DNA of 64,000 nucleotides from Candidatus Bathyarchaeia archaeon (lineage in GTDB: Archaea > Thermoproteota > Bathyarchaeia > 40CM-2-53-6): positions 15,618 through 79,617 of the forward strand of contig DASYWW010000012.1 of NCBI GenBank assembly GCA_035935655.1, written 5' to 3'. Under the pieces are notes generated by a model. It had not been told where the DNA came from. It worked only from the letters and a program-made list of their open reading frames with translations, and ran no database searches. Shown piece after piece: positions 33,701-42,988 of this stretch. A program made the position numbers and the translations under genes. The stretch's first letter is position 1; each line of letters opens with the position of its first letter.

Positions 33701-34331
33701 TCCTTGGCCTAAAATCCTAAGCTCCGATGGTTACCTTCGCAAAGGGAACGATGAAATCCCCATTGTAACTGTTTCACATCACCCACTCGTTACAGATAAC
33801 ACCGAAACGTGTTCACTGTTTCCCCGTTTGCCGCTGATTCCTCTTGATGCGGGTCCCACGCGTAAGGTCCAGGGTTACAACAATTTCTTGAGCGGAGACC
33901 CTTTCAACATCTCAGTGCCTGAATCCTTGGACACTGTCGCGGTTGCCCTAGACGTAATTGCTATCGGAGCAGTACTCGTCCTCACCACCCTATCCCTCAT
34001 CCTCTCGAGAGGATTGAATGGGACGGGCCTAAGAAGGGGCTTCGCGCTAACCGCTGTAGCGGGATTTGTCCAGATTATCGGAAGCTCGACTCAGTTCGCA
34101 GTAGACCTCGGATTTACCAGTTCCCGGCTACCCACGAATATCTTCTCAGGAATCCAAGTATTATTCCTCGTCTTGCTGGCCTTAGCGGTCCAGAGCTTCT
34201 TCCCAGTCTGGTTCAAATCGTTCAAAGGCGACAACACCCCACCGAGCCAGCCACGAGAAGACCCCCACTTCTCACGCGGACCTGTTCCCCCAGCTCCCGG
34301 CCAGGACCTACAAGGGTCAAATCCCCAGTGA
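33684..34331 (+). CDS. Hypothetical membrane-associated protein
   Basis: 215-aa ORF with 2-3 hydrophobic helices and a Pro-rich C-terminus. The start overlaps the SWIB-like ORF on the other strand, so the real start is probably later. Confidence 0.3.
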   Translation: MASGSPPWPKILSSDGYLRKGNDEIPIVTVSHHPLVTDNTETCSLFPRLPLIPLDAGPTRKVQGYNNFLSGDPFNISVPESLDTVAVALDVIAIGAVLVLTTLSLILSRGLNGTGLRRGFALTAVAGFVQIIGSSTQFAVDLGFTSSRLPTNIFSGIQVLFLVLLALAVQSFFPVWFKSFKGDNTPPSQPREDPHFSRGPVPPAPGQDLQGSNPQ

Positions 34332-34408
34332 GATTCGAACCTTTCCGAAAACTTCACAGTCCGGTGCAAAGCAACCCGTTCTCAACAAAGCTTTGCTCGT
34401 TTTAGTGG

Positions 34409-35236
34409 CTACGACAGAGGCGCTTGCGGCGAAAGCACAGTTGCAACGATTCCAATAGTCAGAGCAACCGTGCCAAGAACGAAATCGATTACGTAAATCC
34501 TACTCGTCTTTGCAAACTTCAGCAAGTAGGATATGACAAAGATCCCAATGACAGCCGCGGTCACGATCGCGATAAGAACGCCCGTCGGTTCCACCGCCTG
34601 TATTGCGATATCAACTTGGGACCTACTGAAGATGAGAGTTACAAAGAAAGCTCCGAGAGAAGCAGGAATGTAGGCGAGATATGACAGCCTGAAAGCCTGC
34701 TCAGGCTTGACGCCCATCAGCAGCATTGTTGAAACGGTCATTCCAGATCTGCTCACACCGGGTAATGCTGCTATGCCCTGTGCGATACCGACGATAATGT
34801 AGTTCTTGAGTTTCATCTCCTCTAATCCGGCTATTAGCCTCAGTTTGTTCCGCGAGTATCTGATGTAGAATGCAGTCGCGATGAGCACGAGCCCGAGAAG
34901 AATCATAGGGATTCCTACGTTGTAGGGGCTGCTTGTGAGAACTTTGTCAGCTGTGTAGTACAAGGGAACGCCGACTAGCGCTGTGAAAGTTGTTGCGACG
35001 ATTAGGTATACGAGTAGCCTTCGGTCCCTAAAGAGAGACCGGATGTCTTTCCTGAAGTAAGCTATCGCGGAACCCAGCGACCCAATTTCCATGAACAGAC
35101 CGAACGCGTAAGCCACGGCCAGAGGGAGCGAGAAGAGAAAAGTTGATGCGAACAGAACTTGGGTCTTGCTACTGATAGGTAGCCACTCTGATATTCCTTG
35201 TACCAACCCCAAAAGCACAGCAAAAAGTGGATTCAC
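34409..35236 (-). CDS. uppP: Undecaprenyl-diphosphatase (UppP/BacA)
   Basis: MNPLFAVLLGLVQGISEWLPISSKTQV (GxxEWLPISS motif), 8 TM, C-terminal PGVSRSGMT. Confidence 0.85.
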   Translation of the reverse strand: MNPLFAVLLGLVQGISEWLPISSKTQVLFASTFLFSLPLAVAYAFGLFMEIGSLGSAIAYFRKDIRSLFRDRRLLVYLIVATTFTALVGVPLYYTADKVLTSSPYNVGIPMILLGLVLIATAFYIRYSRNKLRLIAGLEEMKLKNYIIVGIAQGIAALPGVSRSGMTVSTMLLMGVKPEQAFRLSYLAYIPASLGAFFVTLIFSRSQVDIAIQAVEPTGVLIAIVTAAVIGIFVISYLLKFAKTSRIYVIDFVLGTVALTIGIVATVLSPQAPLS

Positions 35237-35359
35237 CGAGGGGTCCGACCACTGGTGACTCTTGACCGAATCATACTCCTGCTCGCTTGGCCAGACAGTC
35301 TGAATTACCCCTTACGTGCTCAACGCAAACCATGCCTCATCGAGACGTTCCGACTTGGC

Positions 35360-35863
35360 CTATTTCTTGGAGAAGCTCATTGAGCAGCCATGTTCGCCAC
35401 GAAGTTTTCCTTGGAATCCGAGCTCAAGAGTTTCGGCGGCTTTCCTGTAGCTGCCAATGCATGTACTGCAAAATATTGACCTAGCCTGGGGCTTGGTCAG
35501 CCCGTACGCGTCTGCTTGGGCCAAAACAGATTCTATGCACCCGCATCGATCTAGTTTCACTGTTCTGACGCCATCGCCTGTTTCAACGTCATAGTCGCTA
35601 GCAAATGTCTCCCCCATGCTTTCAGCCAGGTTCAGGGAAAGAGCCTCTACCCTACTTCCCCGGTTCTTCGCCTTGATTTCCTCAACCTTCAGATTCGCCT
35701 TCATGTCCGTCAGCATGTTCATCGCAGGACCAACCGCATCAAAACCTGCGAGTCCAACGAACGTGCCTACCTGAAGGAGAAGGTAGTGAGCTAGCGTTTT
35801 CCTAAGCATCTCATACCGCTCATCAAGGCTCCGGGTCCGCTTCGATTGATTCAGCTTGGACAT
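35360..35863 (-). CDS. Cys-rich hypothetical protein (possibly V4R-like)
   Basis: LDRCGCIESVLAQ...CSTCIG...HGCSMSF conserved-Cys pattern. Family assignment is weak. Confidence 0.35.
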   Translation of the reverse strand: MSKLNQSKRTRSLDERYEMLRKTLAHYLLLQVGTFVGLAGFDAVGPAMNMLTDMKANLKVEEIKAKNRGSRVEALSLNLAESMGETFASDYDVETGDGVRTVKLDRCGCIESVLAQADAYGLTKPQARSIFCSTCIGSYRKAAETLELGFQGKLRGEHGCSMSFSKK

Positions 35864-36047
35864 GCTCGTAACAACGTCTGGACTCCAATCGACGGTTTTT
35901 AAGCTGTGGCAAGTCTATCGCCCAGATGGGATACGCGGGCTCAACGGTTCCTTGCGGTTCGAAACCCTGACGTGGAAGCCTCTGGCTGACAGCTTCTTGA
36001 GCGTCTAGAATTCATCCTCGAAACCTTATATTCATATTGATATAGAA

Positions 36048-37151
36048 ATGGGACGTGTCAATTTCTTGAAGAAACAGTTCCTTTTCTTATTATTGGCTCT
36101 CTTGTTCTTGAGTGGAAGCTCGTCCTTCCCGACCCGTGTGAGCGCGGCTCAGTCAGGCGTGGTCTGCATCACATCAACAGACGCAACCGGATGCCCCTCG
36201 CCACCACCCGTGTTTTCCGGATCACCGGGAACTAACCTGACAGTGGCAGTGAATATTCAAGGGTCCAATTCGACGAACGGATTCGACATTTCACTCTTGA
36301 CGGACCCCTCCGTTCTCAACCCCGTTGCCATTGGCTACGCGGCAACAGTTCTGCCCTCTCCGTTGTTCGTCGTTGTTGAATGTATCAATGGCCATGTGGT
36401 AATAGGCGCACGTTGTGGGGCTACTGACGTTCCCGGAGTCGCACGTCTGGCAATAGTGTCTCTGGGCGCCGAGACGGCACAGCCAACTACTGGCAATCTT
36501 TTCACGGTCACCTTCAACATCGTCAGCGGGACGAGCAGCACCATCGGCTACCAGACTGGCTGTACGTCTAGCAGCGTCACCGGCACAGCAACTTGCGTTA
36601 CAGTGACTCAATGTAACGGCTCCTGCAGTGCACAACCCCTTACTGTCGTCGATCCCGAGTTCGCACAGAATGCACCATTCCAAACGATCACCTTCAACCA
36701 GAATGTATCATTTCATGGTGTGACCGCGAACGCGTTCGGGTCTCTGACCGTTGACACTGTAGCCAAGACGATAACGGGCACTGTCAATGTCGTAGTCGTA
36801 AATAGCACCACTGGAGCTGTCATCTTTTCCAAGACATTTGTTATTTCGTTGAAGTTCGACAGTGCAAGCAGCATTAAGTTTGGACTTGCCCTCGGACCCT
36901 CCGGCCTGGTTCTAGGCGGGGTCTTGAACGCCAAATCTCAGACTACAATCCTAGCAGTGACAGGTAATCCAGACATCCTTCATAGAGGGAATGTAGACAT
37001 TGTAGACGCGGCAACACTTGCGCTCGCGTTTGGATCGTCACCTGGTTCTCCCAACTGGAACCCGGCAGCCGACCTGATGAAAGTCGGGCGTGTAGACATT
37101 TCAGATGCTGCGCAATTGGCAATATATTTCGACATGCCAGTGCTTTCTTAG
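36048..37151 (+). CDS. Secreted Thr/Ser/Val-rich beta protein with dockerin-like C-terminal repeats
   Basis: Signal peptide MGRVNFLKKQFLFLLLALLFLSGSSSFPTRVSAAQS. The C-terminus GNVDIVDAATLALAF...VGRVDISDAAQLAIYF resembles duplicated dockerin Ca-loop plus helix segments. Confidence 0.5.
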   Translation: MGRVNFLKKQFLFLLLALLFLSGSSSFPTRVSAAQSGVVCITSTDATGCPSPPPVFSGSPGTNLTVAVNIQGSNSTNGFDISLLTDPSVLNPVAIGYAATVLPSPLFVVVECINGHVVIGARCGATDVPGVARLAIVSLGAETAQPTTGNLFTVTFNIVSGTSSTIGYQTGCTSSSVTGTATCVTVTQCNGSCSAQPLTVVDPEFAQNAPFQTITFNQNVSFHGVTANAFGSLTVDTVAKTITGTVNVVVVNSTTGAVIFSKTFVISLKFDSASSIKFGLALGPSGLVLGGVLNAKSQTTILAVTGNPDILHRGNVDIVDAATLALAFGSSPGSPNWNPAADLMKVGRVDISDAAQLAIYFDMPVLS

Positions 37152-37367
37152 CCACTCAAACTCGATTCCCTTCAAGCTCGATGTTGATGCGAGGGCTGAG
37201 GCAGAACCACCGCCCCGTGCGACCTTAAACTCTCTTTTTGTTAAACCTACTATGAGTCGCTAACACCCATCGATGATTATGACTGGAAGCTGACTCCACC
37301 CAGAACCCCCAAGTAGCGGTTTGCAAACAAGTAATATGACCGCCCCCGCCCTTCCGGGCTAATACAA

Positions 37368-39302
37368 ATGTCAGACTTCGCCAACTCACACATCGACAAG
37401 ACTTATCGGCCGAAGGAAGAATATCTCTCCCTTCACAGAGATTCTCTACGAAACTTAGAATCATTCTGGGCCACCATTGCCAATCAACTTGTTTGGCATA
37501 AAAAATGGACCAAAGTTCTGCAATGGGATCCACCGTTCGCCCAATGGTTCGTCGAAGGAACTCTAAACGCCTCCGAAAATGCGATAGACAGGCATGTGAG
37601 ATCATCGCGTAGGAACAAGGCGGCCTATCTTTGGGAGGGCGAAAATGGAGAGCGTCGGACAATTACCTATGGCGAGCTCCATCGCGAGGTGAACAAGTTC
37701 GCCAGTGTCCTTCAGAACCTCGGTCTCCGGAAGGGCGATACCGTGGCGATCTACATGCCTTTGGTTCCAGAGTTCCCGATTACCTTGCTCGCGTGTTCCA
37801 GACTCGGCTTGCCGTTCACCGTCGTCTTCTCAGGGTTCAGCGCGAATGCACTCGCGGAACGTATCCGAGATTGCGAAGCCAAAATCGTCGTCACAGCTGA
37901 CGGAACCTATCGAAGAGGGAAAGTCTTGGAGTTGAAGACTGTCGTTGATGACGCGGTGAAGGAGTCTCCCAGCGTGAAGCACGTATTGGTCTTCCGTCGG
38001 GTTGGAAATGCAGTATCGATGAGAAATGGTCGCGACCACTGGTGGCATGATCTAATGGCGAAGGCTTCTGACTATGTTGCGCCGGTGCATGTTGAGTCGA
38101 CCCATATTCTCTACATTCTCTACACATCGGGGACGACAGGTAAGCCCAAGGGTATTGCTCACAGTACCGGGGGCTATCTAGTGTTCGCGTATGCGACCCA
38201 ACAATGGGTGTTTGATGCAAAAGATGAGGATGTTTACTGGTGCACCGCTGACATAGGATGGGTCACAGGACATACCTATGTTGTGTTCGCACCGCTAATG
38301 CACGGACTCACTTCAGTAATGTACGAAGGTGCTCTGGACTATCCGGAGCCCGATAGATGGTGGGACATCGTGGAGCGTTATGGTGTTACGATTCTCTACA
38401 CAGCACCAACAGCGATCCGCTCGCTAATGCGCCATGGAGACAATCTCCCAAGACAACACGATCTTGGCAGCTTACGGTTGCTAGGATCAGTCGGTGAACC
38501 GATCAATCCCGCAGCGTGGCAATGGTACTTTGATGTGATAGGAGCGGGGCGATGTCCTATCGTTGATACTTGGTGGCAGACAGAAACTGGTGGGATCATG
38601 ATCTCACCCAGCCCTAGACTCGGTCTGATCCCATTGAAAGCGGGCTCGGCCACACTTCCCCTACCCGGAATAGAGGCGGATGTCGTCGACGAGAAGGGCA
38701 ACAGCCTTGCCCCTGGCGAGAAGGGGTTCCTTGTCATCAGAAAACCCTGGCCAGGGATGCTCATGACACTCTACAAGGACCCAGAACGGTATCGACAGAT
38801 CTACTGGACCCGGTTCCCAGGGCTCTATTATCCCGGAGATTATGCGCTCCGCGACGGAGACGGCTACTTCTGGCTGCTGGGTAGAGCTGATGAAGTGATC
38901 AAAGTTGCAGGTCACCGTCTTGGAACAAAAGAGGTCGAAGACGCACTCGTTAGTCATCCCTTAGTGGCCGAGGCCGCTGTTGCAGGAAGACCAGACCCAG
39001 TTAAAGGCGAGGCCATTGTTGCGTTTGTCACTTTGAAGAAGATCGCCAATCCTTCCAACGCGCTCTCTGAGGAGTTGAAAAACCACGTTCGGAAAATGAT
39101 TGGGCCTATTGCAACGCCAGATGCAATCTACTTTGTCCAACTACTCCCAAAAACAAGGAGCGGGAAGATAATGCGACGCGTCATCAAAGCAGTTGCAGCT
39201 GGAGGCTTGATCGGCGATCTCTCAACACTCGAAGATGGGGCCTCGGTAGACGAGGTCAAGCAGGCGATCGAGGGGCTTCAACTGACGAGAGGGAGCGTCT
39301 AA
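37368..39302 (+). CDS. acs: Acetyl-CoA synthetase (AMP-forming)
   Basis: YTSGTTGKPKG, WWQTETGG, the PGDY...DGY hinge, C-terminal Lys motif SGKIMRR; 644 aa. Confidence 0.9.
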   Translation: MSDFANSHIDKTYRPKEEYLSLHRDSLRNLESFWATIANQLVWHKKWTKVLQWDPPFAQWFVEGTLNASENAIDRHVRSSRRNKAAYLWEGENGERRTITYGELHREVNKFASVLQNLGLRKGDTVAIYMPLVPEFPITLLACSRLGLPFTVVFSGFSANALAERIRDCEAKIVVTADGTYRRGKVLELKTVVDDAVKESPSVKHVLVFRRVGNAVSMRNGRDHWWHDLMAKASDYVAPVHVESTHILYILYTSGTTGKPKGIAHSTGGYLVFAYATQQWVFDAKDEDVYWCTADIGWVTGHTYVVFAPLMHGLTSVMYEGALDYPEPDRWWDIVERYGVTILYTAPTAIRSLMRHGDNLPRQHDLGSLRLLGSVGEPINPAAWQWYFDVIGAGRCPIVDTWWQTETGGIMISPSPRLGLIPLKAGSATLPLPGIEADVVDEKGNSLAPGEKGFLVIRKPWPGMLMTLYKDPERYRQIYWTRFPGLYYPGDYALRDGDGYFWLLGRADEVIKVAGHRLGTKEVEDALVSHPLVAEAAVAGRPDPVKGEAIVAFVTLKKIANPSNALSEELKNHVRKMIGPIATPDAIYFVQLLPKTRSGKIMRRVIKAVAAGGLIGDLSTLEDGASVDEVKQAIEGLQLTRGSV

Positions 39303-39343
39303 GGCCTTTCAGAAAACGACTCAATCGAGCGGATCGAGTCGCC

Positions 39344-39985
39344 CTATAGGATGAAACTGAAGAGCACAAACATTGTCCATAGAGGTAGAGCTATTCCAAG
39401 TGCAATGAGAGTGTTTTTCCGAAATATCTTGGAGCCGTCTAGCGGAGGGACTGGTAGCATGTTGAAAGATCCAAGTCCTATGTTTAGTAGAAACCCGAAA
39501 CTCCCGATGGTTTTGAGGAAACCTGCTGGACCTGAGAAAACCAAGAGTAGGAACCCGATCGCGAATGCGAGGTTGATGAGCGGCCCCGCCGCGGAAATTA
39601 TCATATTATCTTCCTCCGGGTCAGCAGGTCCGCTACTAGTAGCGTAACCGTAGAACGCGGCTGCTGAGGGGGAAATGTATACTGCGCCGGGAGCGCCGAA
39701 GACCAGTCCCCCTCCCGAGATTGTTACGATCGACAGGGTGAGAACGAGTCCCCAGACCCAGAGACGGAAATGGGCGACATACCCCCGCCGTATTGCGACG
39801 TACTTGTGTCCCATTTCGTGAAGGATAAATCCAGTCGCCGTGGCGAGAAAACCGGCTGCAACAATAGCGAGACTTCCGGTTCCTATTAGGAGACCAATGA
39901 GGCTCTGATATGTGATGGCAACCGAGAGCACGATCCAAGCGACTATGATGGAAAGGATTTCTCCAGAACTGAATTGAGACGACAC
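39344..39985 (-). CDS. Site-2-protease-family (M50) intramembrane metalloprotease, short form
   Basis: HEMGH in a TM helix and the C-terminal NMLPVPPLDGSKI (LDG motif); 213 aa. Confidence 0.7.
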   Translation of the reverse strand: MSSQFSSGEILSIIVAWIVLSVAITYQSLIGLLIGTGSLAIVAAGFLATATGFILHEMGHKYVAIRRGYVAHFRLWVWGLVLTLSIVTISGGGLVFGAPGAVYISPSAAAFYGYATSSGPADPEEDNMIISAAGPLINLAFAIGFLLLVFSGPAGFLKTIGSFGFLLNIGLGSFNMLPVPPLDGSKIFRKNTLIALGIALPLWTMFVLFSFIL

Positions 39986-40060
39986 TAGAGACCGGAGTTA
40001 GGGAAGCCCGAATCTCGATATTTCACTTTGCTTCTTGAGACGACGCTGTTGTCTGCGAGT

Positions 40061-40492
40061 TCAGGGTCCTAGGCCAAGTTGAGCCATAAGACCGAGAACA
40101 TCGAAATAGATACGGACCTCTCCGATGCGGCCGTGATCGATTCTTGCAATGATCGAGCTTGGTATCTTGAAGCTCTTACCAGTTAGGGGAATCTCTCGAG
40201 GTCCAGCATGGATGGGCCCCCTCATGGTTCCACTCTCCTCAACCTCCAAGCATACCCAGTCCTCCTGGCCAAAACTTCGAACCTTCCTAATCTGATAGTC
40301 GGGGAACATTCTGAACAGGCCTTTCCACATCTTATCCAGGGCGGGCCGCCCTTTCAGCGATCCCAGGGTCGGGTCGTAAAGTGCAACAGATTCTCCGTGG
40401 AGATCTAGAAAGTCCTCTTGGGATCGTCTGTTGATGCTGTCGACCCATGCTCTCTCAACGAGTTTCAGATTATCGGTTATCGTCGTTTGCAA
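40061..40492 (-). CDS. SnoaL/NTF2-like fold protein
   Basis: 143 aa; LVERAWVDSINRRSQEDFLDLHGESVALYDP...IARIDHGRIGEVRIYFDVLGLMAQLG follows the ester-cyclase/NTF2-like pattern. Confidence 0.6.
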   Translation of the reverse strand: MQTTITDNLKLVERAWVDSINRRSQEDFLDLHGESVALYDPTLGSLKGRPALDKMWKGLFRMFPDYQIRKVRSFGQEDWVCLEVEESGTMRGPIHAGPREIPLTGKSFKIPSSIIARIDHGRIGEVRIYFDVLGLMAQLGLGP

Positions 40493-40536
40493 AACGCGTC
40501 CAAGATCATGATGGGGGGTTATTCCCTATAACCTAG

Positions 40537-40845
40537 ATGGGGACTGAGAAGGATAGTATCAGTAAATGCCAATACAACAGCGAACTGGCCGGAGTGCGGA
40601 AAGAGAATTCTTCGCCGCCCCGTCCGATCAGGCCAGATCTCGGCGTACTCGGACGCAAATGGGCGCTACTCATCCTTGCGGATGTTGGCTTGAGACGGGT
40701 TGACCGTTTCAGCGGTCTCCTCCGTTCAAACCCTCAACTTAACCCGAGAGTCCTGAGCAGGAGACTTCGAGAGCTAGAAGAAACCGGTCTGATCGAGAGA
40801 ATAGAGAAGAATAATGCATCCAGACCTGTCGTTCGGGGGGTATGA
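40537..40845 (+). CDS. HxlR-type winged-helix transcriptional regulator
   Basis: GRKWALLILADVGLRRVDRFSGLLRSNPQLNPRVLSRRLRELEETGLIERIE matches the HxlR pattern (KWxLxIl...RFxeL...isxkvLtxxLxeLexxGli). The true start is probably internal. Confidence 0.65.
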   Translation: MGTEKDSISKCQYNSELAGVRKENSSPPRPIRPDLGVLGRKWALLILADVGLRRVDRFSGLLRSNPQLNPRVLSRRLRELEETGLIERIEKNNASRPVVRGV

Positions 40846-41053
40846 CGGAAAAAGGAATCGACATACTTCCTGCAATCTTTAGACTCATCGTGTTTGGGGC
40901 TAGGTGGCATGCCGAGAATCCTTTCCACGGAAAGCTTCCGAGAAGGCTCCCCGAGTCGTCACGGTCTCCTGGCAACAGACAGAGATCTGAATAGTTGGAG
41001 CTGAAAGGAGGCCCCCCTTTGGGGCGGCGAGACGATCTAGTAGTCTGTTTGGT

Positions 41054-41560
41054 CTACGGTACTTTCCAGACCAGGTCGAAGCCCTTTGGTGATTGAGTTG
41101 TGAACGTTGAAGATCCTGCACTCTTTACTGCCGCGTCTATGGTCACGGTCAATCGGTAGGTGCCCGATGCTCTTTGTCCCTGGTCGACTGAGATGTAGAT
41201 GGTGTGTGTCCGGTTTCCGAGAGCGACTCCGCTCAGTGTCTGCATCGGCAGCGAACTACCACCACTTGGAGTGCTGAATACGAGAGTAATGTTGATGTTC
41301 GCTTGACCCGCGCTGGCATTGACCTTGTTCTCGCTGGTGCGGAACCACCCTCCTGGCCGCGTGAAGTAATAGTATTCGTAGGCAGTCACACTGGATGTTG
41401 TATTTGAGGGATGATCAAAGGAAAGGGAACCCGTAGTCTCATTGAATGTAACCTTGGTTAAGGGCACGGTTACGTTGCCCGCGAAGGCTACCGGGGCCAA
41501 CAATACAGCCGCTACGGCGATTACTACTACAACTATTATTCCCATAATCTGTTTTTTCAT
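41054..41560 (-). CDS. Secreted hypothetical protein
   Basis: Signal peptide MKKQIMGIIVVVVIAVAAVLLAPVAFA; Thr/Ser/Asn-rich mature part. Confidence 0.45.
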   Translation of the reverse strand: MKKQIMGIIVVVVIAVAAVLLAPVAFAGNVTVPLTKVTFNETTGSLSFDHPSNTTSSVTAYEYYYFTRPGGWFRTSENKVNASAGQANINITLVFSTPSGGSSLPMQTLSGVALGNRTHTIYISVDQGQRASGTYRLTVTIDAAVKSAGSSTFTTQSPKGFDLVWKVP

Positions 41561-41750
41561 TGTGTAAAAGTGCCTCCTACACGTTCCTATCTGTGGGTTC
41601 TGGAAGCTATAGGGTTTGCTAACAAACCCGAATGGCTTGAACGAGCACCACCAGGGGATCCAAGATGGGGTAGTTCCGTCTTCGCATCGTTCTCAAACGG
41701 CTTGGCCTTTATCAGCGAGGACGACTCATTCTTAATGGGGGCAGAATTTC

Positions 41751-42566
41751 TTGGCCGAAGAGCGGCGTACTGCCAGTATCGTCAAAGATCTCGTCTTCAT
41801 AGCCACGCCCCTCTTTGCAACTGTGGTGGCGGCCGCTGTAGTGTTGTCCGGAAGAGCCGCGGGTTTCTCCACGAAAATCGGGACAGGAGGCTACGACATC
41901 GTCACCGGTGTCCTGTTATCGTCCATACTAATTTCTGGTCTCGTTTATGGGCTGAGACGTCGTCCAGAGCAACTTGTACGGGTTGTCGTCGCGTGCATTA
42001 TGCTTGCTGGCACAACGTCTGGTCTGGTCTTGTTCAAAGTTTGGTTTGAATTAACTGGTGCAGCCCCGATACTGTTCCTTAGTGCGGTTCCTCTGGGGTA
42101 CTTGGGAATTCGTTGGTCGATCAAAGCATACTATGGGTCGTTGCCCCGCAGAAAGTCGAATCTCCTCGTTATTGCGTCGGCTACACTCTTGGGAGCTCTC
42201 ATCGGCACTTCACTTTCTCCGTTGTTTACAATCACTTTTCTTGGAACACTGGCGCTAATGGACTTTCTCGCTGTGGAAACGAATGTAATGACCCGTCTGA
42301 TTGGCCCGCAAAAATATCGCGAAGTGCTCTCCTTGACAACTTTTCCGCTGGAAACATCACTAGTCGGGCTTGGCGACTTTCTTGCATACTCTATGCTCGT
42401 GGCAACATCATTCCAGCTTAGTGGACTCGTCGGGTCCATCGAAACCATAGCCTTTGTTCTGTGCGGCGCCCTGATCACCCTCCAGATTACTCGGCTAAGG
42501 TCCAAAACCGCCGGGCTCGTAATCCCCATTAGTCTCGGAATGATACCAGTGATTCTAGGCCTCTAA
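41751..42566 (+). CDS. Presenilin/signal-peptide-peptidase-like (A22 family) intramembrane aspartyl protease homolog
   Basis: TM-embedded LVGLGDFLAYSML (presenilin GLGDFIFYS motif), upstream TM Asp (LALMDFLAV), C-terminal PISLG resembling the PAL motif; 271 aa, about 8-9 TM. Confidence 0.5.
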   Translation: MAEERRTASIVKDLVFIATPLFATVVAAAVVLSGRAAGFSTKIGTGGYDIVTGVLLSSILISGLVYGLRRRPEQLVRVVVACIMLAGTTSGLVLFKVWFELTGAAPILFLSAVPLGYLGIRWSIKAYYGSLPRRKSNLLVIASATLLGALIGTSLSPLFTITFLGTLALMDFLAVETNVMTRLIGPQKYREVLSLTTFPLETSLVGLGDFLAYSMLVATSFQLSGLVGSIETIAFVLCGALITLQITRLRSKTAGLVIPISLGMIPVILGL

Positions 42567-42570
42567 CGCA

Positions 42571-42942
42571 ATGAACGACTCAAGGTCTGCCATTCTCGGG
42601 TCCTGTAGGGGGAGCAGCCGGATTCTGCGCTATATGACAAAGCCTGTTCTCGGCGCGCTCATTATTCTGCTCGTGGACACACTGGGTCTACGGATTGGTA
42701 TCGGATTCATTTCTCGAAACACCCTGATCTTGGTTTTGTTGCTCGAAGGAGGCATTGGTCTCCTTTCCGGAGTCGGCATTGCGTTGTCCTCAACTCCTTC
42801 GATATCGAGAATAGGTCACGCGACGATCGGAACGGCCCCCTGGTCGAGAGACGCGGAGAAAAACGCTGAGAGAGTCGGACTAAAGTGGATGGTAACAGCC
42901 TCACTACTAGCCCTCATAGGATTCGCCCTATCCATCGCGTGA
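42571..42942 (+). CDS. Small membrane protein
   Basis: 123 aa, 3 hydrophobic helices. Confidence 0.3.
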   Translation: MNDSRSAILGSCRGSSRILRYMTKPVLGALIILLVDTLGLRIGIGFISRNTLILVLLLEGGIGLLSGVGIALSSTPSISRIGHATIGTAPWSRDAEKNAERVGLKWMVTASLLALIGFALSIA

Positions 42943-42988
42943 TGGATAGGCGAGTCTAAGAAAACTTGGCTTCAGACTTCGGCGACAC

